This document shows positions 42,073-54,043 of a stretch of DNA of 64,000 nucleotides, piece after piece. Made by a program: the position numbers and the translations under genes. The notes beneath the pieces were generated by a model. It did not search any database. It was given only the letters and a program-made list of their open reading frames with translations, and was not told the DNA's origin. How positions within the stretch are numbered: the stretch's first letter is position 1; each line of letters opens with the position of its first letter. Origin of the DNA: Mytilus trossulus (taxonomy: Eukaryota); NCBI RefSeq assembly GCF_036588685.1, contig NC_086381.1, positions 31,496,001 to 31,560,000 of the forward strand, written 5' to 3'.

Positions 42073-42630
42073 ATGGAGGTTCGAGGGTACAAAAAAATTA
42101 GCAAAAATTGAAATATTTTTTTTCCATTACCAATTTTATGTTCTTACACTATTAGTTGTTACTTCATGATATGGTACAAAAATCAACTAAATAAATCAAT
42201 TCGTTTTGACCCCAGATGACTTTCAAAATGTTTATATCATTGAAAAAGCTCCAAAATTATCTCCCTTTGGTGAAAAATGGAACTTTTTAGCATTACAATT
42301 GAAATAACTTGATTTTTTTAACTCATCAATGACCTCTATTTTTTTTTTTTTTTTAATGAACTTTTCTTAAACTATTATAAAATTAAAGCGATTTCTGTAA
42401 TAATTAGTTCTCTTATTTTTATTTCGCTTTTACCTTTTTTTCTCCGATTATTTCAACAGAAAAAAGTACCTTAACAGAAATGCATTCTTCCTACAAAGGC
42501 AGATTGGGAGCTTAAATTAATTGTGACCCCATATTTTCATTTAATTTTTCTTTTAAAAATAGGATAAAGTTTATTTATAGAAAAAAATTGTGAAATCCTA
42601 TATTTTAAAACAAAACCCGAGAGCCCACTA
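42073..42630. mobile_element. decayed MITE (possibly Kolobok-like)
   Basis: imperfect terminal inverted repeats ggaggttcgaggg ... cccgagagcccac with TTA/TAA flanks. Confidence 0.35.
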
Positions 42631-42845
42631 AAGGGTTTGTTATTTATATTTATAACAAACAGACAAATATAAAAGTAGAGAAACAATAATGATGGTGTTA
42701 ATTATGCTACCATGGATATAAGTAAGTATAGTAAGTGTTGTTTTCTAACTTGAAAACATTCATCATGTTCATAATAAATCAAAGCAGCAGCTGTTACATA
42801 GTATGTCATGTTCAACGAACTAAATCTGTTTCTGTTTCGAAATTT

Positions 42846-43430
42846 TTTCCTCGTCAGTTTTAATATAGCGTGGTACTACAGTACATGATATATAAGGCAT
42901 GGAATTGTTATTTTTACATTAATTTGTAGGATCCTTTACTATAGATAATTTAGCTGATCTGTAAAAATAACATATCCATGCCTTATATATCATGTACTGT
43001 AGTACGACGCTAGATTAAAACTGACGAGGAAAGGTAACAGACGGCCACCGAAAGCTTTATTTTTGTGAAGCCAAGGTGGCCGTGTGGTCTAGCGGGACGG
43101 CTACAATGTAGGCGATTTGGTGTCACGATATCTCAGTAACATGGCTTCGAATTCCGACGAGGGAAGAACAAAAAATTTGCGAAAGCAAATTTACAGATCT
43201 AACATTGTTGGATTGATGTTTAGACGAGTTGGATATACATTTTGTACACAGCCATGTATCACCATCATTGCTGATGATCCGATGGATAAATCTGTTGTAG
43301 AGTTGTCACTGACTCAGACGTACTTATAAATATAATTATTTTCTATGACTGTATCTTCAATTAATTTGTAGGATCCTCTACTATATATAATTGAGCTGAT
43401 CTGTAACAATAACATCTCCATGCCTTATAT
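42846..43430 (+). mobile_element. tRNA-like (Pol III) repeat in partial tandem (~442-bp period) with inverted 5' arm
   Basis: 42846-42918 is the inverted copy of 42960-43032; 42918-42990 repeats at 43360-43430; A box TGGCCGTGTGG (43077) and B box GCTTCGAATTCC (43144). Confidence 0.65.
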
Positions 43431-44320
43431 ATTTTATAAAAATTATCCAAATTTTGTCCAATAAGGGATCATCCATATTGGTAGCTGGGCTGTGCGGATT
43501 TTGTTTTGTTTATTTTACTTTGGTTTAACTTTGGCCCTTTGTTAAAACCTACCTTACGTTTTCAGATTTCTTCATGGATTGATTCTGTTGGACAAAAAAA
43601 TGCAACGACATATATTTGTTTTGGTCATCATCATTATAATGGAATATCAAGTCAGATAAATACATAAACTCCACCAAAGAATTTTGTTTCTAAATTGAAG
43701 TTAGAAAGCTTTAAAAGAAATATTACACAGCTTTATCAATATAATGGAATTTGCAGAGACTATCATGCAGGTGAGATGTTTAGGTTATTATAAAATCAGT
43801 TTTGATCCAACGTTTTCTGTAAAAGAAATATATGTACCAAGGCTGTTGTTGTCCATTCGTTTGATGTGTTTGCGATTTTGATTTTTCCTCGGAGTTAAGT
43901 ATTTTTTTTATCCACAAAAAGAGGGTTTTTTTTACAATAAGAGTGGTAATAAATAGTACAACTGTGTGTGGTTAGCCATACGTTTGCGAATATCCGAGTA
44001 TTTTGATAGTATAGATGTATAAGAAAACACATTTATACGTTTTCAGTATAGAAATAGAAATTCTTAATTATTCAAATTATTGACCCTGGCGGTTTTTAAT
44101 TTTCATACAATGTTTACAATGCTTATTTTTATGATAATGAAATAATTAAATGAAATACAGAACAAAAGAATAGAATAGAAGATTACATAATTTTGCATGC
44201 ACATGACGAGAAGAGAAAATAGGGGAGACAATCAGTAATATGTAAGAATAATTCCGCTTTGAACAGAATCTTAATATTCTTTGAAAATCTGTTGGTTTTT
44301 TTTTTCAGAGATTGCAAATT

Positions 44321-45430
44321 TCACCTAACTCTACAAAATAATACTCGTTTGCAATGTGTAAGGAATGTCTGATCTAGACAAACATACACAAACGGATTTA
44401 CAATATTGTTGAGGAGAAAACTTCTAGATAAAATTGGTATAATTCCTTGAATGACACTATCTGGCTTGTACTGACTGGTAGATAGGGCGGAGAACATTTT
44501 CACTGTGATATAAGGTAAATTACTAAAAATAAATGCAATGCTTATAAAAAATGCTGTTTTTGTCACTTTTCTTGATTTTCGATTTCTTTGCGAAGCGTTC
44601 CTTTTTCTCTGGATAGATTTGGTACTGGAGCCGGAAGAATTATCTTTGATTTTCTGACTTACAAATTTATTTGAAAAGCTACTTTCATGTTCTAACTTAA
44701 CAGTTCGGACACCACTAGACTCATTAGGGATGTCTATCTGTGGATGTGCAGAATTTGTTGACCTGAAATTTCCTCTCTTTCTGAGTATATTCCATATGAT
44801 TGTATACATTGTTATTAAAGTAGAGACACATACTATAAAGCCTACAAGTATCACAACGCTGTAAGTGAAGGAATGTATTTTGCGCTTATACCTGTCAGCT
44901 AGACCGCAGTCATACCCAGTTATATTGTTTTTTTGATGTTTTAGATTTATTCCACTTAATATACCTTCAGGCCAGGAAACTGCTGTTACAACGATCCCAA
45001 GAACAATGACGCTAACAAAAGCTTGACGTGATGATAAAGGAACTTTTAATGGCCACCAAATTCTATGCAGTCTATTAGCGGACATCATCACTTGCAACAG
45101 TGAAGCCATTACAAATAGATGAACACTAATCACTTTGAACGACTTACATGCACTCTCTGCATAAAATGTTAACTGGTGTGTCTGCTGGTAAAATTCAAAA
45201 GGGATAAGGATTATGCATATAAGGAAATCTACAATAGTAATGGTACGAATAAAAGTCCAGTGTGCTCTTTCAAGTTTCCATAACGATCCGAAATATATCA
45301 GCATTACCAAAGTATTCCCAGGTATCCCGATCACCATGACCAATGATAAATAAACTATTGTTGGAATACGTTCCAACAATTCCTCCGTATTCAAGGTCTC
45401 CAAAGTAATTCGTGCTTTCGAAACATTCAT
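44321..45430 (-). CDS. orphan rhodopsin-class GPCR, copy 2
   Basis: 369 aa intact paralog; SANRL, SNLPY, NPFVY. Confidence 0.92.
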   Translation of the reverse strand: MNVSKARITLETLNTEELLERIPTIVYLSLVMVIGIPGNTLVMLIYFGSLWKLERAHWTFIRTITIVDFLICIILIPFEFYQQTHQLTFYAESACKSFKVISVHLFVMASLLQVMMSANRLHRIWWPLKVPLSSRQAFVSVIVLGIVVTAVSWPEGILSGINLKHQKNNITGYDCGLADRYKRKIHSFTYSVVILVGFIVCVSTLITMYTIIWNILRKRGNFRSTNSAHPQIDIPNESSGVRTVKLEHESSFSNKFVSQKIKDNSSGSSTKSIQRKRNASQRNRKSRKVTKTAFFISIAFIFSNLPYITVKMFSALSTSQYKPDSVIQGIIPILSRSFLLNNIVNPFVYVCLDQTFLTHCKRVLFCRVR

Positions 45431-46654
45431 GATAACTCTTTCTTTTGATTAAATTATTAACTTTCATGTAATTAATGTCTACAAAGAAAATAAAAATGGA
45501 CGTTGAAGATACACATTTATTTGTTTCAAAAAACATGCATAGTAACTATATATAATTTATTAATGTTGTGTTATTTTGAAATAGAATCATAAAAGAAAGG
45601 GATAAAAGCAGTAAGAAGTCAAACTTTGTCAAAATAAGCTAAAACTCGTCGCTGATGTATTATTTACCTGCAAGTGAAAAATCTAACCTCATTTGAATTC
45701 GTATATTTATGACCGTCAATTTTACCATTTACCGGAAATTTGCTACGCATGTACTTTTAAAAGTTAAAATATGTCTACATTAAAGGTCAAACAAGGATAA
45801 AGCATTTCGTTTACTGATTCGATACACAAACGAAAAATCATTTGCATATATTTAAAAACGATGTAACATTTTTTTTTTAATCAAATTGCACGTGGCGAAG
45901 GTCATGTTGGTGGTGAATAAGATGGCGTCTAGACTATATACACACGAAATGCTGATACACTTTATCGAGTCAATGCATTGTGAATTGTTCATGTATTTAT
46001 ACTTTTTTTCTAGTTTGGATATGCGTTTTAGCATGTATAAATCATAAAGAAGAATTTGGATCAATTCGGTTTAGATCAATTTGACAGCTAATGCTCTTTA
46101 AAATAAACTTACCAGTTGTAAATCACGATCGTTAAAAAAACCCAAATCATTTCGTTTAAATGTGCATAATGAACAATACTGCTGGAAACTGTTAATACAG
46201 TTTAAGTACTTTCACCACAAAAGTCCAAATATTTGAAAACTTCAAATACATGTAATAATTGCATTGAGAGACTCTCTAAAAAAATCTTTTTGATGGCTAA
46301 ATAAATCTCTTTCATTCTTTAATGGCTTAATGATGTGATTGTTATAAATAACTTAACCATTTAAGTCATATTTTAAAAAGAAATCAATGATCTGTTGATA
46401 ATCTAACTAATCGTGAATAACTTTTATATCAGCTAAAATGTTGATTCAATTAACCAAACTAATACATAATTTATTTTTTATCCTTTGTACTTAATTAAAA
46501 TACTTCAAACTTATTAAAATGGAAAGATAAATTTCAAAATAAACTTACCGTCCAAATGTTTCTGAAAACTTTTACGAGTTACAAGAAACAAGGAAAATAA
46601 AAATTATCTGATCTCTTATGCAACGCTTTCACTATTTCAACATGTGAAATATTT

Positions 46655-46664
46655 CCATATAAGG
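46655..46664. promoter_or_regulatory. CArG box (CCATATAAGG) upstream of GPCR2 non-coding exon
   Basis: ~106 bp from the conserved donor at 46548. Confidence 0.55.
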
Positions 46665-46746
46665 AATTTCTTTCGTTTTCAGATAATTGATTATATCTAT
46701 TAGGTGCACCTTATGAAACGAAACAAAAACTGTTACATTTGTTATA

Positions 46747-49000
46747 TGTTAGTTCAAGTGATTTATGCAATTGTATCAGGTTTGCATACATGTGTATTTA
46801 CACTAACAGCAGTTTAATACAGTTAGAGATCATCAGAGATATTAATTAAGAGTTATAATTAGATTTCTTTGTTTGACTATTCAGCCCTTATGATTTGCAT
46901 ATAGTGGCCTAGTAAATTTATGTATTGAGGACGGAGCAGTCGGAGCACGGATAAATGGCGCACCCGGATTACCGGAGCATCCGGATTCCTGGAGCACGGA
47001 ATACACGGAGCCCGGTTCCCTAGTAGTTTATATTTGTATCCGAGCTTGAAGAAGCTATATAAAAGAGAGAAAGAGCGTTAGATTGGGGGGAGGGAATTTA
47101 TAGTGAGGAGAGAACAGTTGCGTTTATATACTAGAGAGGACAACCGTGTTATTGAGCATACAGTTAGATGTTAATTTTGTTAAACTTGTTTAATGTTATT
47201 TTGATAATACAGTACTGAACTTTTATTCGACTTGGTCTTTATATTCACTTACAAGACTTTGTTCAGACTGCACCAGGATCCATTTATTTTTTATACATGT
47301 GACTAGTAGGATTCCCTTAATAATACTACCAGTAGATTTCAAGTGTTACCTTACTGTGTGTGTCTTCAACGAACTTGTAATAATATAATGATATAACCAA
47401 TAACAACAATAAGGACATCAACTCAGGCTCCAATGCTCTCTCGTGTAAGTCAAAATTACGTAAGAAACCAGGTAACTATCCCAGCAGATTCTGGGTTGGG
47501 TAGTTTGCCTGCCACTGGTACTAACAATGGTATTTGCACGGAGACTATGCCAGATATCCGGTATCGCCGGATGTTCGAGCATTGTTCACACAGGAACAAT
47601 CATGATAGAGCTTCAAGGACTGGAAATGAGCAATACGGGAAAAAGACGGAGGAAATGGTTGGAAGAAATTTTGGCAAATATGGGTGAATTTGCTTATTCT
47701 CAGTAATGGCATGGTCGCACCAGCATGTATTTATTTTTCCTAACAACCAGGTTATACAGAAGTCTCAGGAATACGTTACGCTTTTTAAATACTTTGAAAT
47801 GAGCGTCACTGATGAGTCTTATGTAGACGAAACGCGCGTCTGGCGTACTAAATTTAAATTATAGTCCTGGTACCTTTGAGAACTATTTTGACTGGACTGA
47901 TAGTTTAGATAGGATTATTAATTTGTATAATTGTTCTGAAATAATATTGAATTTCATTCTAAATGGTCTAACTCAGGAAATAGACAATGCTTCAAGAACA
48001 TGGTCTTGGAAGATACGAAGCCAAGATGACATTTGTATAAAATATATCTATAGGACTCCGGCTCGCACCATAATGGATGAAAACAATACTCCCTATGATT
48101 CAGATGAAATTCCCTCTTAATGTTACAATTAACACTGCAATTAGAGGAGAGGTTTTTCATGCCACAAAACCGGGTTTAACCCACCTTTTTTCATAAAATG
48201 TCCTGTACCAAGTCAAGAAAATGGCCATTGTAACCTTATAGTTCGTTTGTCTCTGTGTGTTACGTTTCAGGGCTTTGTCTCTGTTGTGTCGTAGTTCTCT
48301 TATATTTGAAACGTTTCCCTCAGTTTTAGTCTGAAACCCGGATTTGTTTGTTTTCTCTTTTGATTTATGAATTTTGAACAGCGATATAATACTGTTGCCT
48401 TAATTTACTCCTGTCCTAGTTCTTATAGCCCTGCTATTAACAGGCACACGGAAATTGAGGTATCCGGGCAAGAATCGGAAAACATGGGCACATCGACAAA
48501 ACAATTTCAATCGCCAGATTTTCAGTCAGGCAGATGAATTAACTACAGATACGCCGAAAAACAGGTGTTTTCGTGTAAGCAAATGATCGACCAGCAAGTG
48601 AATATTCTGTCCGTAGAACATTTTCTGAAGTTAGCAATGATGTATGGAATGAGTTTATTCAATACTTTGAGAATATATCCGAGTTAAATGTATGGAACAA
48701 TGAAAAGTCACGAGGGGTCCTACTTAGTACTTTCAATGGTCCAGCTGATCAATGTATGCATACGGGATACCAGTTATAATACAGAGAGATTGTAGTCGCC
48801 TTGAAAGAAAGTTGAAAGAGAGATAAGGATACACAGCGATGAAAGAAAGGTTATGACAGGGCCATTACTGAGTGAGATAACACCGGATGAATCTTTTGAG
48901 GATTTGTACCGTAGAGCGTATCCGAGCAATCCTGAGAGTGTAGAGGAGAATTAAACCTGAGAGTGTAGAGAAGAATTCTATTAAAGCGTTCCTTTACAAG
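46747..49000 (+). mobile_element. degenerate Ty3/gypsy element: 5' LTR (46747-47526) + gag relic
   Basis: TGTTAGT...ACTAACA then aTGG; TATATAAAAG at ~47056; broken gag at 48605-48995: VRRTFSEVSNDVWNEFIQYFENISELNVWNNEKSRGVLLSTF...TAMKER...EDLYRRAYPSNPESVEEN/SIKAFL. Confidence 0.75.
47804..47845 (+). ncRNA. type I hammerhead ribozyme (retrozyme fragment ~47790-47888)
   Basis: cgtca-CTGATGA-gtct tatgt agac-GAAA-c gcgc g-TC-tggcg; consensus core, predicted cleavage after 47840. Confidence 0.9.
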
Positions 49001-50060
49001 AAGGGCGACATATACCAGAGAGTCAGTCAAACTCTTAAATCGAAAATAAACTGACAACGCCATGACTAAAAATAAAAAAGACATGACACGGGTTGTGTTC
49101 ATATATGGTATGATGGTATGATACTAAACCCCTAACGGGAGGGATTGTGCCTAATATTCATATGATGAAGACAATCGTTCAATCAATGTAATTGAACTCT
49201 GGAGATTTCAGTTAACTGCTAGTAGTCTTTTGCTATATATCTATAACTGTCATTTTGTTTATTTTCTTTTGTTACATCTTCTGACATCAGACTCGGACTT
49301 CTCTTGAATTGAATTTTAATGTGCGTATTGTTATACATTATTTTTCTACATTAGATAGAGGTAAAGGAGAGGGTTGAGATCTCATAATAAATGTTTAACT
49401 CCGCCGCATTTTTGCGCCTGTCCCCAGTCAGGAGCCTCAGACCTTTGTTAGTCTCGAATTGTTTTTAACTTTAGTTTCTTGTGTATGAATATGAGTTTAG
49501 TATGGCGTTCATTATCACTGAACTAGTATATATATTTATTTAAGGACCAGATAAAGGACGCCTCCTGGTGTGGGAATTTCTCGTTGCATTGAAGACCTAT
49601 TGGTGACCTTATGTTGTTGTCTGTTATATGGTCGGGTTGTTGTCTCTTTGAAACATTCTACGTTTCCATTTTCAATTTCAAACAATAGTACATATGAAAC
49701 AACAAAGAAAACTAAAGACTAAGCAACACGAACACCACCAAAAGCTTGGATTGATCTCAGGTGCTCCGGAAGCGTAAGCAGATCCTGCTCCACATGTGGC
49801 ACCCATCGTGTTGCTCATGTTATTACAAATCCGGTAAAAGTCAAATTATGTAGGTCACATTCATGAAATGGAAAGGGATTTTAGTTACGACGTAAGGAAC
49901 GTATCCGATTTCATCTGTGAAACGGTTATTCTATAACGGTCAACCAACTTGTGATGGCGTCCGTAAAAGTTACGAAGGGTTGTTTCAATTTCACCATTTG
50001 AAACTCTTGGTTTGATAGATTTTTTATGAGAAGCAACCCTTTATCAATAAAATCATGATA
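49000..50060 (-). mobile_element. PLE family 2 3' fragment, split by a Naiad tail insertion
   Basis: 49745-50060 matches 25500-25815; its tail continues at 49000-49081 and 49680-49745. Confidence 0.75.
49082..49680 (+). mobile_element. 5'-truncated Naiad 3' region with mutated SECIS
   Basis: aligns with 57152-57750; SECIS 3' GA changed to AA at 49153. Confidence 0.88.
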
Positions 50061-51142
50061 AATACGGTGAACTTTGAAGATAATAAATTTGTTTTTCTTC
50101 AAAAGACCTAAAAAAGGAGAATAGACACGGGAACCTCAATTAAAGAAACTTATAATTAATAGATGTTGGAACAATTTCTTCTTCAATATTTTAGGACCAA
50201 ACATGATATTAGTTAAGACGTTTTCCTGACTAGAATGCTGATAAAAATAATTCCCTCATGTATGTTATGTATCTGCTGAATTATTATATAAACGTAAGAA
50301 TGCAGTCACACTTAAAAGGGATTTTGATAGTGAGTAGGTTAACGTTTGTGGATTGTTATGACGGAATTCTTGCGTTTTAGTAACCGAGAATCGTAGTCTC
50401 GACCCCATCCTACTGTGAATCAATCCCATTTCTTAATGTATTAATACACACAGTGTATATACATGAAGCTGTTCAACCTAATAAAAAGTAAATTCACAAA
50501 AAAAGGAAACTATGATATTTTACATTACAAAATGTCTCTACCAAGTCAACATTATGACTGTTGTTGTCCATTCGTTTGATGTATTTGAACTTTTGATTTT
50601 GCAATTTGATTAAGGAATTAACTTTGAATTTTCCTCTAAGTTCGGATTTTTTGTGACTTTACTTTTTATCCACAAACATGTTATATTTGATCATTAGAGT
50701 GCTTATAAATAGCCTAACTGTTCGTGGTGCTGTTTCACATAATATTGGTTAGTCTTACGTGTGCGAAAGTGTTTAGATTAGATGAATGTATAATAAAAAG
50801 TATTTACACGTTTTCAGTATAGGAATAGTAATTCATTATCATTCCAATTAAGGGCCCTTGTGGGTTAAAACAAATTCATAAAATGATTACTTTTATAATA
50901 ATGAAATAAATGATAAAATACAAATCAATTCAATTCAAATAGAACAGAACACAAAATTAATTTTACATGCACATGAAGAAAAAAGTTAATAGGGGAGACA
51001 ATCAGAAAATCTGCACGAATTATTCCCCATTGAACAGTATCTTAATAATCCTTGAAGATCTGTTTTTTTCAGAGATGGGAAAAGTACATTAAACGTACAA
51101 GTTTCCTACGTTCAGAAGTGCTGGCAACTTTTAAGGCAAATT

Positions 51143-52294
51143 TCACTTTGCTCTACATAATAATATTCGTTTACATTGTGTAAGGAATGTTTTATCTAGG
51201 AAAACATACACTATCGGATTTATAATGTTGTTGAGTAGAAAACATCTAGATAAAATAGGAATAATTCCTTGGATAATACTATCTGACTTGTACTGACCGT
51301 TTAAAAGGGCTGCGACCATTTTCACTGTTATATAAGGTAAATAACTTGAAATGAAGACGATACTTATAACAAATGCAGTTTTTGTCACTTTAATTGATCC
51401 CCGATTTCTTCGCGAAGTGTTCCTTTGTCTGTTGAGAGATATTTTACGGGAGCCGGCAGAATTACCTTTAATTTTATGACTAACAGTTTTATTTGATATG
51501 CTACTTCCATCTTCTAATTCAACTGTTTGAACGCCACTTGACTCATAAGGGATGTCTATCTGCGGATGTACAGAACTTGTTGATCTGAAATTTCCTCTCT
51601 TTCTGAGTTTATTCCAAATGATCGCATATATCGTTACTAATGAAGCTACACACAATATAAACCCAACAAGCAACACAAAACTGTAAGCAAAGGGATGTGT
51701 TGTGCGTTTATAGCGGACGGCTACACCGCAGTCATACCCAGTTATATTGTTTTTTCGTTGTTTTAGATTTATTCCACTAAATAAACCTTCAGGCCAGGAA
51801 ACTATTGTTACAAGGATCCCAAGAACAATGACACAAACCAAAGCTTGACGTGACGATAAAGGAACTTTTAATGGCCACCAAATTCTATGCAGTCTATTAG
51901 CGGACATCATCACCAGCAACAGTGAAGCCATTACAGATAGATGAACACTAATCAATTTGAACGACTTACATGCACTCTCTGCATAAAATGTTAACTGGTG
52001 TGTCTGCTGGTAAAATTCAAAAGGGATAATGATTATGCATATTAGGAAATCTACAATAGTAATGGTACGAATAAAAGTCCAGTGTGCTCCTCTGAGTTTC
52101 CATAACGATCCGAAATATATCAGAATTACCAAAGTGTTCCCAGGTATACCGATAATCATGACCAATGATAAATACAATATTGTGGGAATACGTTCCATAA
52201 TTTCCTCAGTATTCAAAGTCTCTAAAGTAATTGGTGCTTCCGAAACATTCATGATATCTCTTTCCTTCTGAAATTGGAAATTTTTAACTATCAT
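51143..52294 (-). CDS. orphan rhodopsin-class GPCR, copy 3
   Basis: 383 aa ORF; the Met shared with the paralogs (MNVSEAP) is at 52252; SANRL, SYLPY, NPIVY. Confidence 0.92.
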   Translation of the reverse strand: MIVKNFQFQKERDIMNVSEAPITLETLNTEEIMERIPTILYLSLVMIIGIPGNTLVILIYFGSLWKLRGAHWTFIRTITIVDFLICIIIIPFEFYQQTHQLTFYAESACKSFKLISVHLSVMASLLLVMMSANRLHRIWWPLKVPLSSRQALVCVIVLGILVTIVSWPEGLFSGINLKQRKNNITGYDCGVAVRYKRTTHPFAYSFVLLVGFILCVASLVTIYAIIWNKLRKRGNFRSTSSVHPQIDIPYESSGVQTVELEDGSSISNKTVSHKIKGNSAGSRKISLNRQRNTSRRNRGSIKVTKTAFVISIVFISSYLPYITVKMVAALLNGQYKSDSIIQGIIPILSRCFLLNNIINPIVYVFLDKTFLTQCKRILLCRAK

Positions 52295-53472
52295 TCAATT
52301 TGCGTCTAAAAAAACAACAGAAATGGAACAAGAAGATACACTTTCATTTTACATATCAAAATACATGCTTTATAACTATATATAATCTATCAATTTTGTG
52401 TTATTTTGGAAAAAGAATAATAATAGAAAGAGATATAAGCAGTCAGTGGGGTCAACATTTTTCAAAATAAGCTAAAAATCGTCACTGATGCATTATTTAC
52501 CTGCAAGTGAATAATCTAACCTCAATTGAACTCGTATAAATATGACCTTCAAGTTAACCCCTTTACCGGAAATTTGCTACGCATGTAAGTTTAAAAGTAA
52601 AAGAATGTTTATATTGAGGGTCAAATAAGGATTAGCTATTTTGTTTACTGATTCGACACAAAAAAGAAAAATCATTCGCATACATATAAAAACGATCATT
52701 AAGATACTTTAAAAAATCAAATTGCTCGTGTCTAGTCTTAATACTTACGTATGCTAATACACGTTATAGAATCCATACAATGTGAATTGTTTATGTTAGA
52801 TTAGTTTTGATTTGCGTTTCAATATGTATAAATCATATGGGAGAATTTGGATCGATTCGGTTAAAATAAATTTGACAGCTAATGCCCTTTAAAATTGACT
52901 TACCAGCTGGAATTGATTTTTCATTGAAGATCGTTATAAAACAGATTATTTCGTTTAAATGTGCATAATGAACATAACTCCTTGAAACTGTTGACATATT
53001 ATTTTGTTTCCGCATTTAAGTCCCCATATTTGAAACTTCACATGATAATAGCATTGAGAGACACTCTAAAGATATTGTTTTAATTACCTTTTATGTCTTA
53101 ATATAATGTATAATTATAAAAAAAAATTGTATAATTTTGAGATAGTTATACATAACTCAATCATTTAAAATCATATTTTAAAAAGAAATCAATGAATGAT
53201 ATGTTGAAAATCCAAATAATCGTGAATAATTCATATCAGCAAATATTTTGATCCAATTACCCTAACTAAAACATAGTTGATTTTGTATAGTTTGTACTAC
53301 TTTAAATTCATATTAAATACTTCAAACTGATAAAAATGGAAAGATAAATTGCAAAATAAACTCACCGTAAAAATGGGTCTGAACACTTTTACGAATTACA
53401 AGAAACAAGGAAAATAAAAAATCATCTGTTCTTTTAATCATCGATTTCATTATTTAAACACGTGAATTATTT

Positions 53473-53482
53473 CCAAATATGG
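53473..53482. promoter_or_regulatory. CArG box (CCAAATATGG) upstream of GPCR3 non-coding exon
   Basis: ~107 bp from the conserved donor at 53365. Confidence 0.55.
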
Positions 53483-54043
53483 TGTTTGTTTCTGTTTCAT
53501 AAGATAACTATATTTGATAATATCTTTCAAGTGCACCTTATGAAACAAAAACAACTGTCATTACATACAAAAATAATGATTTAGTCTAATTTAAATACAA
53601 GTGCATCATTTACAAATAATTATATAATTTAAACTTATTACATTGATGGTAACATACCGTGATGTCTATAAAGAGTATGTATCGCCGAACTGACTTGATA
53701 CTACAAGAAAGATCTCTGCAAAAACAATGCTAATATAACTGTGATTATCTTAAAACTGAGTTGGTAATGAAAGATAGGTCTTTGTATTTAAAAGATGGAA
53801 AATTACCTTTATTAAATGAGTTGATCAACATTCCCAAAAATCACTGGACAATGACTTTAATGTGCAAGTATTTTCAATAAACAACAAATATCAGCTTTAC
53901 ATACAAAAAAAAACATATAAATATGTGGTGTCTGTCATGCTTATAAAGCTACCGAGAAGTGTATCATCTTTAAAAGAAAACTGAATTGATTTGACATTTT
54001 CAGCCGAACACATTTATCAATTTTATATAACTTAAATTATTGT

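Noticed and set aside
43069-43165. Functional tRNA gene
   Set aside because: A and B boxes are present, but I could not build a convincing cloverleaf or anticodon arm, and it sits within a repeat.
43271-43295. Active hammerhead (CTGATGA-tccgatgga-TAAA)
   Set aside because: The conserved G of GAAA is missing and stems I and III are unclear.
52029-52271. Antisense ORFs overlapping GPCR and GABA-B exons (also 1083-1298, 4936-5130, 6654-6920)
   Set aside because: Shadow ORFs opposite real coding sequence.
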